Source of the DNA: Magnetococcales bacterium
GTDB taxonomy: Bacteria > Pseudomonadota > Magnetococcia > Magnetococcales > JADGBX01
DNA length: 64,000 nucleotides
Assembly (NCBI GenBank): GCA_015231265.1
Contig: JADGBX010000001.1
Location: 23,311-87,310, forward strand
Direction: 5' to 3'
The notes beneath the pieces were generated by a model. The model was not told the DNA's origin and did not search any database. It saw only the letters and a program-made list of their open reading frames with translations. Positions 19,640 to 30,442 of the stretch are shown here, one piece after another. The stretch's first letter is position 1, and each line of letters opens with the position of its first letter. The position numbers were made by a program, and so were the translations under genes.

Positions 19640-22421
19640 GGTAGGGTGCGTACTTTTTGTCTTCTCCGATGATGTGATCCACCAACCACTCCTTGAGGAA
19701 GTTCATCAGATCCATATTGAGCGCTGCGCCCTCTTCATGGAATGCCCGCTGGAACTCCGTCACCTGCGCCACCAGTTTCCGATGCAGCTCCTTGTGCTCA
19801 TTGGTCTCTGGATAACCATATTTGTCGAACATCTCCTCTTCAAGAGCAAAGTGCCCGGCAGTGTAGTTGATCAACTCATCCAGGATCGCTCCCAGAGCGC
19901 TTCGACCCTTACCGGCGTTCATCGCCTTGTAGAGTGTATTGATCAGATCCACCAGCTTGCGATGGTCCCTGTCCACCGCCTTGATATTGAGCTTCAACTG
20001 ATTGGTCCACGGCATCAGATCGCGATCCTGATCACCCTCGGAAACAAGGTAGAGCTGATCCAGATAGTCGAACATCAGACGACGAATACCGTTGAACTTC
20101 TTCATGCCTTCCCGGGCTTCTTCGTGTTTCATATCGCTGCACAATCCAACGATATGCCGGGCCTGTTCATGCACTTTGAGATGGGTTTCTCCCAGTTCAC
20201 GGTAAAGCTCCAGATGACCGAACTTTTCCGTCCCTTCGGAGTAGTACCATTTCCCGAACGCACACTCCCGTCCGCTGGCCACCTCTTCCGGCTTCAACTG
20301 GGCACGTCCACGAATCACCTGCTCCAATCGTCCCAACCACTGCAGATGCGCCTGTTTGATATCATGCACCTTGAAGGTCTCACCCGGAATTTTCAAACCC
20401 CGCTTGGTCTGAATCAATGCATCACTGGTTTCGCTCACCACATCGGTCAGCATACCGGAGTACTCCACGGAACCACCGAAGAAGTGGATCAACTCCATGG
20501 ATTGGAACATCATCTTCTGAACCACGGCTGACGCGGCGAAGATCTCATTAGCAGCCTTCTGAACATTCCCTGCATTGTTGTTGGCTGAAGAACTCTGTTC
20601 TGCCACCCTGTTGGCATTGGCTGCCACCTCGGACGCCGAACGGGCGATCTCCGATGTCCCGGTAGCCGCCTCAAGCGCCGCACGCGCCACCTCCGTCGAG
20701 GCACTCTCCAACTCGGACGCGTTACGCGTCACCTCTTCAGCCGCTGCGGTCACCTCACCCATGGAGGCGGTGATCTCACCCACCGACTGGGTCTGCCCAT
20801 CCACCGCATCGGTGATGCTGCGGTTGGTCTCTTCAATCTGGGAAATAATGTCGGTGATGGAGTGGGTTGCATCGGCAGCATCACGGGTTTTGCCCTGAAT
20901 TTCCGCCGTCTTACGTTCAATCATCTGGGTCGCTTCAGCAGTCTGCTGCGCCAACTCCTTCACTTCGTTGGCCACCACGGCAAACCCTTTGCCCGCCTCA
21001 CCGGCACCTGCCGCCTCGATGGAGGCATTGAGTGCCAGCATATTGGTCTGATCGGCAATGGTCTTGATCGCTCCCACCACCTTGCCGATCTCCGCTGCGG
21101 AAACAGCAAGGTCATCCATAACCTTCAGAGTCTCGCCGGCATTTGCAGTCGCCGTCGACGATTTCTGATCCGCTTCCCGACAACGATCCCGGATATCCCC
21201 CAGGGAGTTGGTCATCTCGCCAACCGCCGAGCCGACAGTCCGTACCGACTCATTCACCCGTTCCAGACTCTGATTGACCTGGGTGATGTTGCCGGTCATC
21301 TGTTCGGCTGCGGACGCCATGGTGTTGACGTTGTAGCTCGCCTCCTCCGATGCTGCGGCAATCGCATTGACATTCTCGGAAAGCTGAACCGCCGCATCGG
21401 AGACGATCTCGATACTCTCCACAGCCGATTCGATATTCATGGAGAGATCTTTGGTCTGATTGTCGAGCTGGTCGTTCTCTGCGACCACTTTTTTCGCGAA
21501 GGAGAGCGTGTCGTCGGAATCTTTATTGAGCAGCTTTTTCAGATCAAGCTGCTCGGCCACCACGGCTTGAACCGTCTCAGATTGCAGCGTCAACGTTCGA
21601 ATCACGTGGACGATCTGATCTGCCATCACATTGATGCTACCAGCGATCCGTGCCAGAGCCGTCCCACCCTGAATCGAGATCCGCTTGGTCATATCACCCC
21701 GAGACATGTAATCGACCATCTCATCGATGTGAGCAAGCATCCGGCTGATGGAATTGAAGAAGATCAGACTGATAATCACCGCAAATCCGACCAGAACCCC
21801 ATTGGCAATGAAGAGATAAAAGGCAACCTTCTGCTCGTTTTCAGCCAGAGCTGCGGCATTATTGCTTGTTTCTGCGGAGATTCTAAGAATCTCCTGTGTC
21901 AGTTGATCCATCCCTTTGGCCGAGGGTCGGTCCTTACCCTTTACGGCCTTGTCGATGCGAGGAATACTGGAGATATCCCCAGCCCTGAAATGGGTGGCAA
22001 CAGCTGCCTTGTAACTGACGATCAGTTCCGAGTGATCGTGGATCAGACGATCGACACCCATCACACTCATACCCATCTGCTGCATGAGGGATCGGGCGGT
22101 GACAAGGCGGCTCTGCACATCATCATGCCGCTCCTGGAACCGTTTATAATACTTGAAATCATTGATCGAACCGGTGTGCTTATAGCCACGAAGCAGCGTA
22201 TTCTTCCACTCCTGGATCTGTCGGCCAAAGAGCGTTGCCGCCTCCTGGGTCGCCACCGTTGCCTCGCTGGTCAGAGCCAGTACACGCATCTGGTCGCTCT
22301 GCTTCTGGATGGTGTACCCCTGCCAGAAGGTTACTGCTCCTAGAACAATTGAGAAGCCCGTTAATATAATCAGTTTAAAACGAATCGAAATATTATCGAT
22401 TCTTTCCATGAGTGCCTTCAT
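19617..22421 (-). CDS. methyl-accepting chemotaxis protein with C-terminal CZB (zinc-binding) and bacteriohemerythrin domains
   Basis: It has two TM segments, a HAMP domain and an MCP signalling hairpin ([37 protein letters not shown]). A CZB module follows (HLQWLGRL...ECAFGKWYY...[12 protein letters not shown]), then hemerythrin ([43 protein letters not shown]). Confidence 0.9.
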   Translation of the reverse strand: MKALMERIDNISIRFKLIILTGFSIVLGAVTFWQGYTIQKQSDQMRVLALTSEATVATQEAATLFGRQIQEWKNTLLRGYKHTGSINDFKYYKRFQERHDDVQSRLVTARSLMQQMGMSVMGVDRLIHDHSELIVSYKAAVATHFRAGDISSIPRIDKAVKGKDRPSAKGMDQLTQEILRISAETSNNAAALAENEQKVAFYLFIANGVLVGFAVIISLIFFNSISRMLAHIDEMVDYMSRGDMTKRISIQGGTALARIAGSINVMADQIVHVIRTLTLQSETVQAVVAEQLDLKKLLNKDSDDTLSFAKKVVAENDQLDNQTKDLSMNIESAVESIEIVSDAAVQLSENVNAIAAASEEASYNVNTMASAAEQMTGNITQVNQSLERVNESVRTVGSAVGEMTNSLGDIRDRCREADQKSSTATANAGETLKVMDDLAVSAAEIGKVVGAIKTIADQTNMLALNASIEAAGAGEAGKGFAVVANEVKELAQQTAEATQMIERKTAEIQGKTRDAADATHSITDIISQIEETNRSITDAVDGQTQSVGEITASMGEVTAAAEEVTRNASELESASTEVARAALEAATGTSEIARSASEVAANANRVAEQSSSANNNAGNVQKAANEIFAASAVVQKMMFQSMELIHFFGGSVEYSGMLTDVVSETSDALIQTKRGLKIPGETFKVHDIKQAHLQWLGRLEQVIRGRAQLKPEEVASGRECAFGKWYYSEGTEKFGHLELYRELGETHLKVHEQARHIVGLCSDMKHEEAREGMKKFNGIRRLMFDYLDQLYLVSEGDQDRDLMPWTNQLKLNIKAVDRDHRKLVDLINTLYKAMNAGKGRSALGAILDELINYTAGHFALEEEMFDKYGYPETNEHKELHRKLVAQVTEFQRAFHEEGAALNMDLMNFLKEWLVDHIIGEDKKYAPYLRKKGVR

Positions 22422-22645
22422 GGCGACAACACTCCCCCATTGGCTTGAACAGTAACACCGACTCCAGCTTCGATGCTGGTGAGCGTGGCTAATGAGGTCT
22501 GATACTATTCATACCAGACTCAAGCAGGCACCCACCAACTCCATCGGATCTGGTCAAATGAACACGCCGTGCCGACCGTAAATACTGAGACACATACCAA
22601 CCTATCCTGACTTTCAACGCAACCTACTATCGATCAGGACGGCAC

Positions 22646-25570
22646 TCAGAACTCTTTCAACTCCAGCTTCAATTCCGGGACACTTTCCAGCGCCTCTCGG
22701 CTTCCGACAACAGCGATACCGGTTTGATCTGTTGCGAGATAACGGTTCCCAACACGCTGCAGATCGCTCATGGTGACGTTCAACACCTGTTGGCGCAATG
22801 CCCGACGTAGCTCCGGTGTCCGCCCATGAAGCGCATTGTGAAATGCCCGTCGCGCTTCACCGGACGGCGAAGCAGGACGATCGATACTGCTGACGATGCT
22901 GAGTACCGACTCCTCAAGCTGGTGCTCAGGATGATCATCCCGCTGCAACCACTCCAGAGAGCGGTCAAAGTCTTCCAGTGTCCCGACAATTCGCGGATCA
23001 CGATAGGAGAAGAAGCGCAGCGATCCAGAGTCGGAATCATAGCCACACATCGCCCCATACGCCCCACCCTGTTCCCGGATGGCCCGATGCAGAAACGAGT
23101 TCTTGAGAAATGCCCCCAAAACCATGAGAACCGGAGCATCGGGATGTGTAATTGGAACAGCCGGGAACACTTTTGCACAGAAGTTCACTTGTGTCGCCGT
23201 CATCCACCCCTGCCGCACCTGACCACCTGCAGCGGGAGCAACCAACAGTGCCGGGCTGGATACGGAACGGTCGGTGGGCCAGCGCTGTTCAATATCCTTT
23301 GCAAAAGCGTCGAAATACTCCTGCTCCCCAACCGACATACCGATCATTGAAGCTGTGGAAAGACGCTGTTGAAGGGCGGTCAGTTTCTCTGCTAGAGCGT
23401 GCAATCCAGTCTCTTCATTCAGAGAGTCATCTAGTGTTTTGAACCGTTTGAGCCCCTGCATGCCACTCCAACGATCCGAGAGAGCACTCGAGGAGGTCAA
23501 ACCGCCACAGGCGGCTGAAACAGCCAAGGCGTGACCATTATCGGTGATGCGCATCTCCGAGGAGGCACGCATCTGGGCGATCAGTTCACGCAAGCGAGGC
23601 AGCTCATCGAAGTGCACCTCGTGAAAACTCTCCCGCATCAGAGAGATCATCTCGACATGGTTGCGCACCAACGCCTTGCTGGAAAGGGTGAAGATCACAC
23701 GGCTTTTACCAAGATCATCCGCATGGCTACGCACACTCGCCCGAGAGGCGATCCCCCCCGAGATGGCCGACTGCCACGCCTGGGTCTCCATGTAGTCCCG
23801 TTTACCGCATCCCACTTCAGTCAAACAGGCCGCATAGGTGGGCATCAGATCCAGCAGTTCAGGTTCCAGATCCGGAACTTCCATCACCATCTGCATATAG
23901 GAGAGACCGTTGGTGGGCTGGTCATACCAGTGCACCGGCATTTTACCCACCGGTTTGATCGTTCCCTCGGCAATGGAGAGCGTCGGCGGCACATCCTTAA
24001 GAGTGACCTTGGGCAGAATGCCGGGATCATCCACACTCTTCTGCCGGGCGTCCAAACGCTTGGTCTGTTCGATAATCAGACGTTTCTGTTCATCGTTGAG
24101 CGCAGTGCGAATCAACTCCAGCCGTTCTTCCTCCTCCTTTGCCCGCGTTGCCGCCAAGTCGGGATCAGGCTTCAGCACCACCCGTACCCGGTGGGGATTA
24201 TCCAGCAAGAGTTTTCGTACCAGACCCTTGATGAACTCCGGATCCTGAATCTGCTGCCGCAGCGTCTCCAGCGCCCCGTCCAGTGCGAGAATCGCCGTGG
24301 GATCACCGCCATGCAGCGCCGGAGAGAGGGCGGTAAGCATCAACTTCAAACCATAGGGCAGTCCATCACCGGACACTTCACGCCGGGAGAGCTCCAGTTG
24401 ATGGAGAACAGCTTCCACCTTCTCCAACGGAACACCGTCACGGGCTACCTGCTCCAGAACGCCGAGAATCAACGCCTCGACGTCATCAGCTTTCTCAGGC
24501 TCGGACCCCTCCACCCCACAGGCGAATCCCATCTCGCGCAGAGAATCATCCAGACCGGTCACCGAAGAGGGGGATGTCCCCAGATCGGTCGTCTCCAGGG
24601 CATGCAACAGGGGCGAGGAACTGTTATCCAGCAGAACACCATTCAACAGATGGGCCTGAAGGAGCGTTTCCAGATCAGTACTCTTATCCAGCAGCCACCC
24701 CAAGACGATGTGGGTCTTGTTACTGATCTCCCCCATTCCGTCGGCGGCATAACATGATTCCGCCTTGCGAGGTTCGCTGAAGCGCCTCTCATCGGGCACC
24801 GACACCAATCCTGATGCCTCCATGCGCTGGAAACGGCTCAACACCCGATCCTGCATCACCCCCTGAACCTTCTCCAAATCAAGATTTCCATAGGTCATGA
24901 AGATGGCGTTGGAGGGGTGGTAGTGTCGGCTGTGAAAGGCGCGCAACTGCTCCCAGGTGAGATCGGGAATCCGCTCCGGACTTCCACCGCTGTTGTGACG
25001 ATAGGTGATGGTGGGGAAGACGGTCCGTTCAAGCAACTCCCACAACACGCGTATCGGTGAACTCATCGCCCCCTTCATCTCATTGAAGACAACCCCTTTG
25101 TACTCCAGCGGAGTCTCGGGATCATCCGGTGTCGAGAACTCCACCCGAATCCCCTCCTGGGCGAAATCCAACTCGTGCAGCCTGGGAAAGAAAGCAGCGT
25201 CCAGATAGACATCCAGCAGATTGAAGTAGTCCTTCTCCGACAGGGTGGCAAAGGGGTAGGCGGTCCAGTCGCTGGAGGTAAAAGCGTTCATGAAAGTGGA
25301 GAGCGACCGACGCAGCATCATGAAAAACGGGTCACGCACGGGATAGCGTTCACTACCGCACAGCACCGTGTGCTCAAGAACATGCGCCACACCGGTGGAG
25401 TCTTCGGGCACGGTCTTGAAAGCAGCCAGAAAACCCTTGTGTGAATCATCGGAGGCCAGATGCAGGTGCATCGCCCCTGTCTCACGATGGCGGTAGGTCT
25501 CCACCGTCAGCTTGAGGGCCTCAACCGGTTCGCTGCCCAGTTTCTCGAAGAACCCGCTCTCCATATCCAT
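22646..25570 (-). CDS. M16-family zinc metalloprotease (insulinase, PreP-like M16C)
   Basis: 974 aa. It has the inverted zinc motif HVLEHTVLCGSERYP (HxxEH), a downstream FNEMKGAMS, and a four-domain length typical of PreP-like enzymes. Confidence 0.85.
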   Translation of the reverse strand: MDMESGFFEKLGSEPVEALKLTVETYRHRETGAMHLHLASDDSHKGFLAAFKTVPEDSTGVAHVLEHTVLCGSERYPVRDPFFMMLRRSLSTFMNAFTSSDWTAYPFATLSEKDYFNLLDVYLDAAFFPRLHELDFAQEGIRVEFSTPDDPETPLEYKGVVFNEMKGAMSSPIRVLWELLERTVFPTITYRHNSGGSPERIPDLTWEQLRAFHSRHYHPSNAIFMTYGNLDLEKVQGVMQDRVLSRFQRMEASGLVSVPDERRFSEPRKAESCYAADGMGEISNKTHIVLGWLLDKSTDLETLLQAHLLNGVLLDNSSSPLLHALETTDLGTSPSSVTGLDDSLREMGFACGVEGSEPEKADDVEALILGVLEQVARDGVPLEKVEAVLHQLELSRREVSGDGLPYGLKLMLTALSPALHGGDPTAILALDGALETLRQQIQDPEFIKGLVRKLLLDNPHRVRVVLKPDPDLAATRAKEEEERLELIRTALNDEQKRLIIEQTKRLDARQKSVDDPGILPKVTLKDVPPTLSIAEGTIKPVGKMPVHWYDQPTNGLSYMQMVMEVPDLEPELLDLMPTYAACLTEVGCGKRDYMETQAWQSAISGGIASRASVRSHADDLGKSRVIFTLSSKALVRNHVEMISLMRESFHEVHFDELPRLRELIAQMRASSEMRITDNGHALAVSAACGGLTSSSALSDRWSGMQGLKRFKTLDDSLNEETGLHALAEKLTALQQRLSTASMIGMSVGEQEYFDAFAKDIEQRWPTDRSVSSPALLVAPAAGGQVRQGWMTATQVNFCAKVFPAVPITHPDAPVLMVLGAFLKNSFLHRAIREQGGAYGAMCGYDSDSGSLRFFSYRDPRIVGTLEDFDRSLEWLQRDDHPEHQLEESVLSIVSSIDRPASPSGEARRAFHNALHGRTPELRRALRQQVLNVTMSDLQRVGNRYLATDQTGIAVVGSREALESVPELKLELKEF

Positions 25571-25898
25571 ATCCTGAGTTACCCTTCCTTATCGTCCAAC
25601 CCGTTTGACCGGAGAGACCGCTTTTCGCATGGCATCCGTTCATTTCAATACGATATGAACCGACGAAATCGCTTCAGGATACGACGACTCTCTTCGGCAA
25701 CAAAGGTCTGCTGTCCGACATTTTCCATGAATCGTGCTGATGGATTAGAAATGATTTCTTATAGAGAGGCGCAATGAACCACTCCCCATGCCCCTCCCCA
25801 GGATCAGCACACCCTCTTTATTTCCGTGATCACCGTCGACCGCCGCAAAGCCTGAGGTCTTCAGAAGACGAAAAACCGATACCTTGCAGAACCTCTTC

Positions 25899-25926
25899 TT
25901 GACAAAGCACAATTCCGTGCTATCAA
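25899..25926 (+). promoter_or_regulatory. candidate sigma-70 promoter for the ankyrin gene
   Basis: TTGACA (25899-25904), a 16-nt spacer, then TATCAA (25921-25926). It lies 50 nt upstream of the ATG at 25977, which has an AAAGGGGAAG SD. Confidence 0.45.
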
Positions 25927-25976
25927 ATGTATGTATTGTGAATTATCAAAATTGATCCACGAAAGGGGAAGTAGAA

Positions 25977-26486
25977 ATGGAAGAGACCACATCCACCGCT
26001 GTCGAGACTCCTGAAGCCGACGCTCCGCCTCCTCCCATGGATATCCGTCAAGCCTCCAAGGTTGGCGATATCAAACGCGTCAAGGAGTTGTTGGCCGAGG
26101 GCGTCTCACCGGATGAAGGTACTGAAAAGGGCGAATCCCCTCTGCATGAAGCCTCAAAAAAAGGCCATCCGAAAGTGGTCAAACTGCTGCTGAAGAGTGG
26201 CGCCAATGCCAAGTGTGTCGACGTCAAGAACGTCTCTCCCCTGCATGAAGCGGCGAAAAAGGGGTATGAGGATATCGTCGCCATGTTGGTGAAAGCCGGC
26301 GCAGACTGTCGCATTGCCAACCTCAAGGGTGAAACCCCCATGGGCGAAGCACGCAAATCTGGCAACGCCAACGTAATCAAAATGATCAAAAAACAGAAAG
26401 CGATGAAAAACCCGGCACCGACTCTGCCAAAGGTGGAGGACAATACGCCGAAGTTGCGTAAGAAAGTGAAAAAAATCAAGAAATAG
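25977..26486 (+). CDS. ankyrin-repeat protein with Lys-rich tail
   Basis: There are three clear ANK repeats (GESPLHEASKKGHPKVVKLLLKSGAN; VSPLHEAAKKGYEDIVAMLVKAGAD; GETPMGEARKSGNANVIKMI). The C-terminus is KLRKKVKKIKK. Confidence 0.8.
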   Translation: MEETTSTAVETPEADAPPPPMDIRQASKVGDIKRVKELLAEGVSPDEGTEKGESPLHEASKKGHPKVVKLLLKSGANAKCVDVKNVSPLHEAAKKGYEDIVAMLVKAGADCRIANLKGETPMGEARKSGNANVIKMIKKQKAMKNPAPTLPKVEDNTPKLRKKVKKIKK

Positions 26487-26519
26487 ACGTTATTATACTG
26501 CGCTTCTTACCGCATATAT

Positions 26520-26557
26520 AAACGGCTGCTCTCCTGAACGACAGAGCAGCCGTTTTT
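26520..26557. terminator. bidirectional intrinsic terminator between convergent genes
   Basis: A perfect 13-bp stem pairs AAACGGCTGCTCT (26520-26532) with AGAGCAGCCGTTT (26543-26555) around a 10-nt loop. An A-tract lies upstream and TTTTT downstream. Confidence 0.8.
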
Positions 26558-26567
26558 CATCTGTCGG

Positions 26568-27830
26568 TCATGCAAAAAGCGCTGGCATGGGCATGTATTG
26601 CCGAGGATCAATGCCCCACTTGCGTGAACTTACCTGGCCTTGAATCTCATAACGCCCCTCTTCCTTCCCTTTATACTCCATCAGATCGATGCGTCTGGGT
26701 TCCACATTTTTCCGTGTGGTAGAGTCTTTCACGACGGTAATCACCGGATGCAACAGACTCTCTCTGTTGGCAGCAATGACCACACCGATCAAACCGTTTT
26801 CCAGTTGGACCAGAGATCCAAGAGGATAGATACCAACTGTCCGCACGAAACGCTGGAACAACGTTCCGTTCAGTTCCTGTTTACTCAGGGCCATCATTCT
26901 CTGAAGAGCCTGATTGGGCGCTTGAGCCTGATGGTAGGTGGTATCGGAGGTGATGGCATCGTAGACATCAACGATAGCGGTCATCTGCCCAAGAGGGGAA
27001 ATTGCATCGCCCTTCAGACCGTTTGGATAGCCCGATCCATCCAAGCGTTCGTGGTGTTCGGAGACGATCTGTAGTGTTGTTTCAGAGATTCCTGGAGAAC
27101 GTTCAAGATGGCGTCGCCCTAGAACGACATGCTGGCGGATCTTCGCCGTCTGCTCCTCACTCAACCGTCCCTGGACCGTCAGCAGTGACTGGGGAAGCCG
27201 CATCTTGCCGATATCATGCAACATGCCTCCCACACCGGCATCAATAAGCTTATCCTCGCTTACCCCTTCAGCCTGACAGAAAGCGACCATCAGCACCCCC
27301 ACGTTCAGAGAGTGCATAAAGGTGTAGTCATCCCTCCGTTTCAACATGCTGAAGCTGAGCAGGGCATCCGGGTCTTCGAAGAGGGAGTCGGTGATCTGCT
27401 TGACGCTATCGCGCACGGGTGTGAGCTGAGTGGGTTTGCCGAGACGAGCAGCCTCCAGGCTCTCCCCGATCACCTCCCGTGCATGATCCTTGATCGTCGC
27501 AGCTCGGATCAAAGGAGAGCGCTCATTCCGGGCAGCCGAACTGTTACCGGCGATCTGGGGAACACCCAACTCCTCCAACTGTGCTGCTAAACTCTCAGCA
27601 ACACCTGCAGTGGGGGAAACCGTGACGTCTTTCCCTTTGTCGGTATCGATGATCACCTCGGTAACCCCAAAGGCGATGATCGCATCCACCTCGTGCTGCG
27701 AAGACAGGACACACTGCTCCTGTATAGCACCGGTGTCCCGGTCACGGATCAACGGGTCACTCCAATCAACAGCGAGCGACTCTACATACATGCCCGACTC
27801 AAGATGATCGACGGCAATGCGTTTTTTCAT
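26568..27830 (-). CDS. HD-GYP domain protein (probable c-di-GMP phosphodiesterase)
   Basis: Motifs present: HSLNVGVLMVAF, GGMLHDIGKMRLP, HHERLDGSGYPNGL. Confidence 0.85.
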   Translation of the reverse strand: MKKRIAVDHLESGMYVESLAVDWSDPLIRDRDTGAIQEQCVLSSQHEVDAIIAFGVTEVIIDTDKGKDVTVSPTAGVAESLAAQLEELGVPQIAGNSSAARNERSPLIRAATIKDHAREVIGESLEAARLGKPTQLTPVRDSVKQITDSLFEDPDALLSFSMLKRRDDYTFMHSLNVGVLMVAFCQAEGVSEDKLIDAGVGGMLHDIGKMRLPQSLLTVQGRLSEEQTAKIRQHVVLGRRHLERSPGISETTLQIVSEHHERLDGSGYPNGLKGDAISPLGQMTAIVDVYDAITSDTTYHQAQAPNQALQRMMALSKQELNGTLFQRFVRTVGIYPLGSLVQLENGLIGVVIAANRESLLHPVITVVKDSTTRKNVEPRRIDLMEYKGKEEGRYEIQGQVSSRKWGIDPRQYMPMPALFA

Positions 27831-27897
27831 GGCTATCAGCTTATTCTATCCAGCGTGTTCCCCTCACACTTCAGAGTAGTGATTAGCGCATGGGGAT

Positions 27898-29145
27898 TCA
27901 ACAGCTGATTTCGACTAAGGTCATGTCGTCGTTCTGCTCGACACTGGAACGATAGTCGGCAAGAACCTCCTGCAAATGCTCCAGAGGCTCGCCTTGGGAG
28001 ACAATTCTAGAGAGATAATTCTCAAACCTCTCCTGACCAAACAACTCCCCCGAATCGCTCTTCTCTTCAACATAACCATCGGTATAGACAAAAAGAGAGT
28101 CACCGACCGAAACCCTCAGAGACGTGGACGCATCATTCAATGTCTCAACCATGCCACAGGCAAAGTTGTCGGACTCCACTCTCTCAATGATCACCCCTTC
28201 CCGGAAGAGGAGAATCGGCGGCAGTGAACCGTTCCAAACCGTCACACGATCCCGAGTGGGATTGATGGAGAGAAATCCGACCGCCATAAACATGTTGGCT
28301 GGTGTTTTATGATGAAGCTTGCTGTTGATTTCCGCTAGAATCTCTTCTGCAGGAAGACCCTTGTTGGTCATGGTGTAGAAGATATCGGAGATCATGGGCC
28401 CACCGATAGCTGCCGGCAAACCGTGACCGGTAAAATCCCCCATAACGACATGCTGGGTCCCATCCGGACGGAAGGCCGACAGCAGAATATCACCCGCCGT
28501 CTTCTCCATGGGCGCCAACAGATAGCGCAGATGGGTATCGATAAACCGCTTACTGGTCCGCATCCTGCTGATGATATCTTCGATAAACTCCCGCTCTTCC
28601 AGCAGTTTATCTCGATGATAGCGGATCTCCTCCTCCTGCTGACAGCGGATGACCAATCCGGCCAGAGTACTGGTGATCGCTCGGAAAAAAGCATCATCGG
28701 CAGCAGTGCGCTCGTACTCCGATTCCACATAGAGGCTGAGAATTCCAAGACTGGTGTCACCGAAGAGAATCGGCAGAACCAGATGCTTTCCCTCCTGCTC
28801 CTCTCCGTGGGGACACAACTCTGGGTGCTCGGCGAGTGTGTTCAACAGAACATCACCCGAAGCCACGGCGTGACCACAGGTGCAGTTTCCGGCATCAATG
28901 CGTCTGCAAGCGGTGCGGATAGACTCTTCGACACCCTGTTCCGTCTGGAGAATCAGATGGCCACTCTTCTGATCGATCAGAAAGATCGCCCCCTTCGGCT
29001 CCAGAGGGATCCAGGGAATGGAGAGAATCAGAAACAGCGCCTCCTCCAGATGCTCATCCAGAGAGAGAGGATCCAGCGACTGCTGGAGCAGGCGATTGAT
29101 CACGGCCTGCGTTTGATCCTGAGCTGAAGAAGATCTTGCGGTCAT
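27898..29145 (-). CDS. GAF-domain PP2C-type Ser phosphatase (SpoIIE/RsbU family)
   Basis: The N-terminal half is GAF-like (KGAIFLIDQKSGHLILQ...LGILSLYVE). The C-terminal part carries VVMGDFTGHGLPAAIGGPMISDIF, SLFVYTDGYVEE and NDDMTLVEI. Confidence 0.8.
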   Translation of the reverse strand: MTARSSSAQDQTQAVINRLLQQSLDPLSLDEHLEEALFLILSIPWIPLEPKGAIFLIDQKSGHLILQTEQGVEESIRTACRRIDAGNCTCGHAVASGDVLLNTLAEHPELCPHGEEQEGKHLVLPILFGDTSLGILSLYVESEYERTAADDAFFRAITSTLAGLVIRCQQEEEIRYHRDKLLEEREFIEDIISRMRTSKRFIDTHLRYLLAPMEKTAGDILLSAFRPDGTQHVVMGDFTGHGLPAAIGGPMISDIFYTMTNKGLPAEEILAEINSKLHHKTPANMFMAVGFLSINPTRDRVTVWNGSLPPILLFREGVIIERVESDNFACGMVETLNDASTSLRVSVGDSLFVYTDGYVEEKSDSGELFGQERFENYLSRIVSQGEPLEHLQEVLADYRSSVEQNDDMTLVEISC

Positions 29146-29176
29146 AGAGAGTCACACACAGTAGGTCACGGTAGTA

Positions 29177-30442
29177 TCAACCACCACAGATCACGCGAGC
29201 TCGCTCGGAAGCTTCGCGGCGGATCTCCTCTTCACCGGCAATCTCCCGGTGACGCATGAGGATTTTACCATCGACAATGGTGCTGTCCACCACCTGCCCG
29301 GTGGCCACATACACCATGTTGGAGACGAAATCGTGCTGGGGAGTCACTTCGATCTCTTCACGACGAATCAGTAGAAGATCGGCCTTCTCCCCTTCGGCCA
29401 CAACACCGGACTGCCCCAACAGTGGCGCTTTCGCACCGGTAACAACAGGCCATGCATCGGTCGCAGGCAGGGCGGTGGGATCCTGATCCGCATGTTTCTG
29501 GATCAAGGCAAACACTTTGAGATCCTGAAAGAGATCGAGACTGTTGTTGGAAGCTGCGCCATCGGTTCCCAATGCCATGGGGATGCCCCGCTCCGCCGCC
29601 TTGCTGTAGGGAAACACGCCACCCACCGCCAGTTTCATATTGGAAACCGGATTGGTGACGATGGTAGAACCCCGCTTGGCGATAAGATCCAATTCATCCT
29701 CTTCAAGATGGACACCGTGCGCCAACAGAGCACGGGGGGTCAGCAACCCGCAGTTGTCCAGATGAAGTGCCGGGCGCACACCGTGCTGCTCCAGACACTG
29801 AGAAACCTCGGTCGGGGTCTCGGAAAGATGAATATGGGTCAGAAGATCATTCTTTTCCGAGAACTCGGCTACCCAGCGCAGACTCTCGGGACTCACCGTA
29901 TAGATGGCGTGGGGCGTCAGAACAAAGCGGACACGATCGGAGTAGCGACTGCTCTCTTCAAGCATCTGCTCGGCGTCCCTTTTGCACTGCTCCGCTTGAT
30001 CGGGACCCGCCACATCGATCATCACCGCACCGACACCGGCCCGGACGCCCATCTCCTCCACTGCTCTCGCCATTCCGTGGAAATGCCAGTACATATCCTG
30101 AAAGGAGACCGTACCGGAACGAATCATCTCCAGACAGGCAAGCTTGGTCCCCCAGTAGACATCCTCTTCCGTCAATTTGGCCTCAGCCGGCCAGATACGC
30201 TTCTCCAGCCACTCCAGCAGATGCATATCATCGCCGTAGCCGCGAAACAGCGTCATGGCCGCATGTGTATGACCGTTGACCAAGCCCGGAACCACTGCCA
30301 GACCCGAGGCATCCAGACGCTCCGGATCGGTCTCATCATCCAACACAAGATCGGGACCAATCTCGGCAATCCGTCCATCTCGGATCAGAATATCCACGAC
30401 TCCATGGTCATGGAGCCAACCCTTTTGAATCAAGAGTGCCAT
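29177..30442 (-). CDS. mtaD: 5-methylthioadenosine/S-adenosylhomocysteine deaminase (amidohydrolase)
   Basis: Motifs present: PGLVNGHTHAAMTLFRGYGDDMHLLEWL, HLSET, LAHGVHL, LGTDGAASNNSLD. Its ATG overlaps the upstream gene's TGA (ATGA at 30440-30444). Confidence 0.75.
   Translation of the reverse strand: MALLIQKGWLHDHGVVDILIRDGRIAEIGPDLVLDDETDPERLDASGLAVVPGLVNGHTHAAMTLFRGYGDDMHLLEWLEKRIWPAEAKLTEEDVYWGTKLACLEMIRSGTVSFQDMYWHFHGMARAVEEMGVRAGVGAVMIDVAGPDQAEQCKRDAEQMLEESSRYSDRVRFVLTPHAIYTVSPESLRWVAEFSEKNDLLTHIHLSETPTEVSQCLEQHGVRPALHLDNCGLLTPRALLAHGVHLEEDELDLIAKRGSTIVTNPVSNMKLAVGGVFPYSKAAERGIPMALGTDGAASNNSLDLFQDLKVFALIQKHADQDPTALPATDAWPVVTGAKAPLLGQSGVVAEGEKADLLLIRREEIEVTPQHDFVSNMVYVATGQVVDSTIVDGKILMRHREIAGEEEIRREASERARVICGG

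Noticed and set aside
20862-22343. 493-aa ORF on the + strand antisense to the MCP gene. Similar long antisense ORFs are 23531-24757 (408 aa), 29492-30553 (353 aa), 58800-60368 (522 aa), 50193-51110 (305 aa), 11365-12240 (291 aa), 4175-4966 (263 aa) and 14401-15171 (256 aa).
   Set aside because: In each case the opposite strand encodes a protein with clear family motifs over its full length. The antisense translations are Arg/His/Gly/Pro-rich with no recognisable domain. Long stop-free antisense frames are expected in GC-rich coding DNA.
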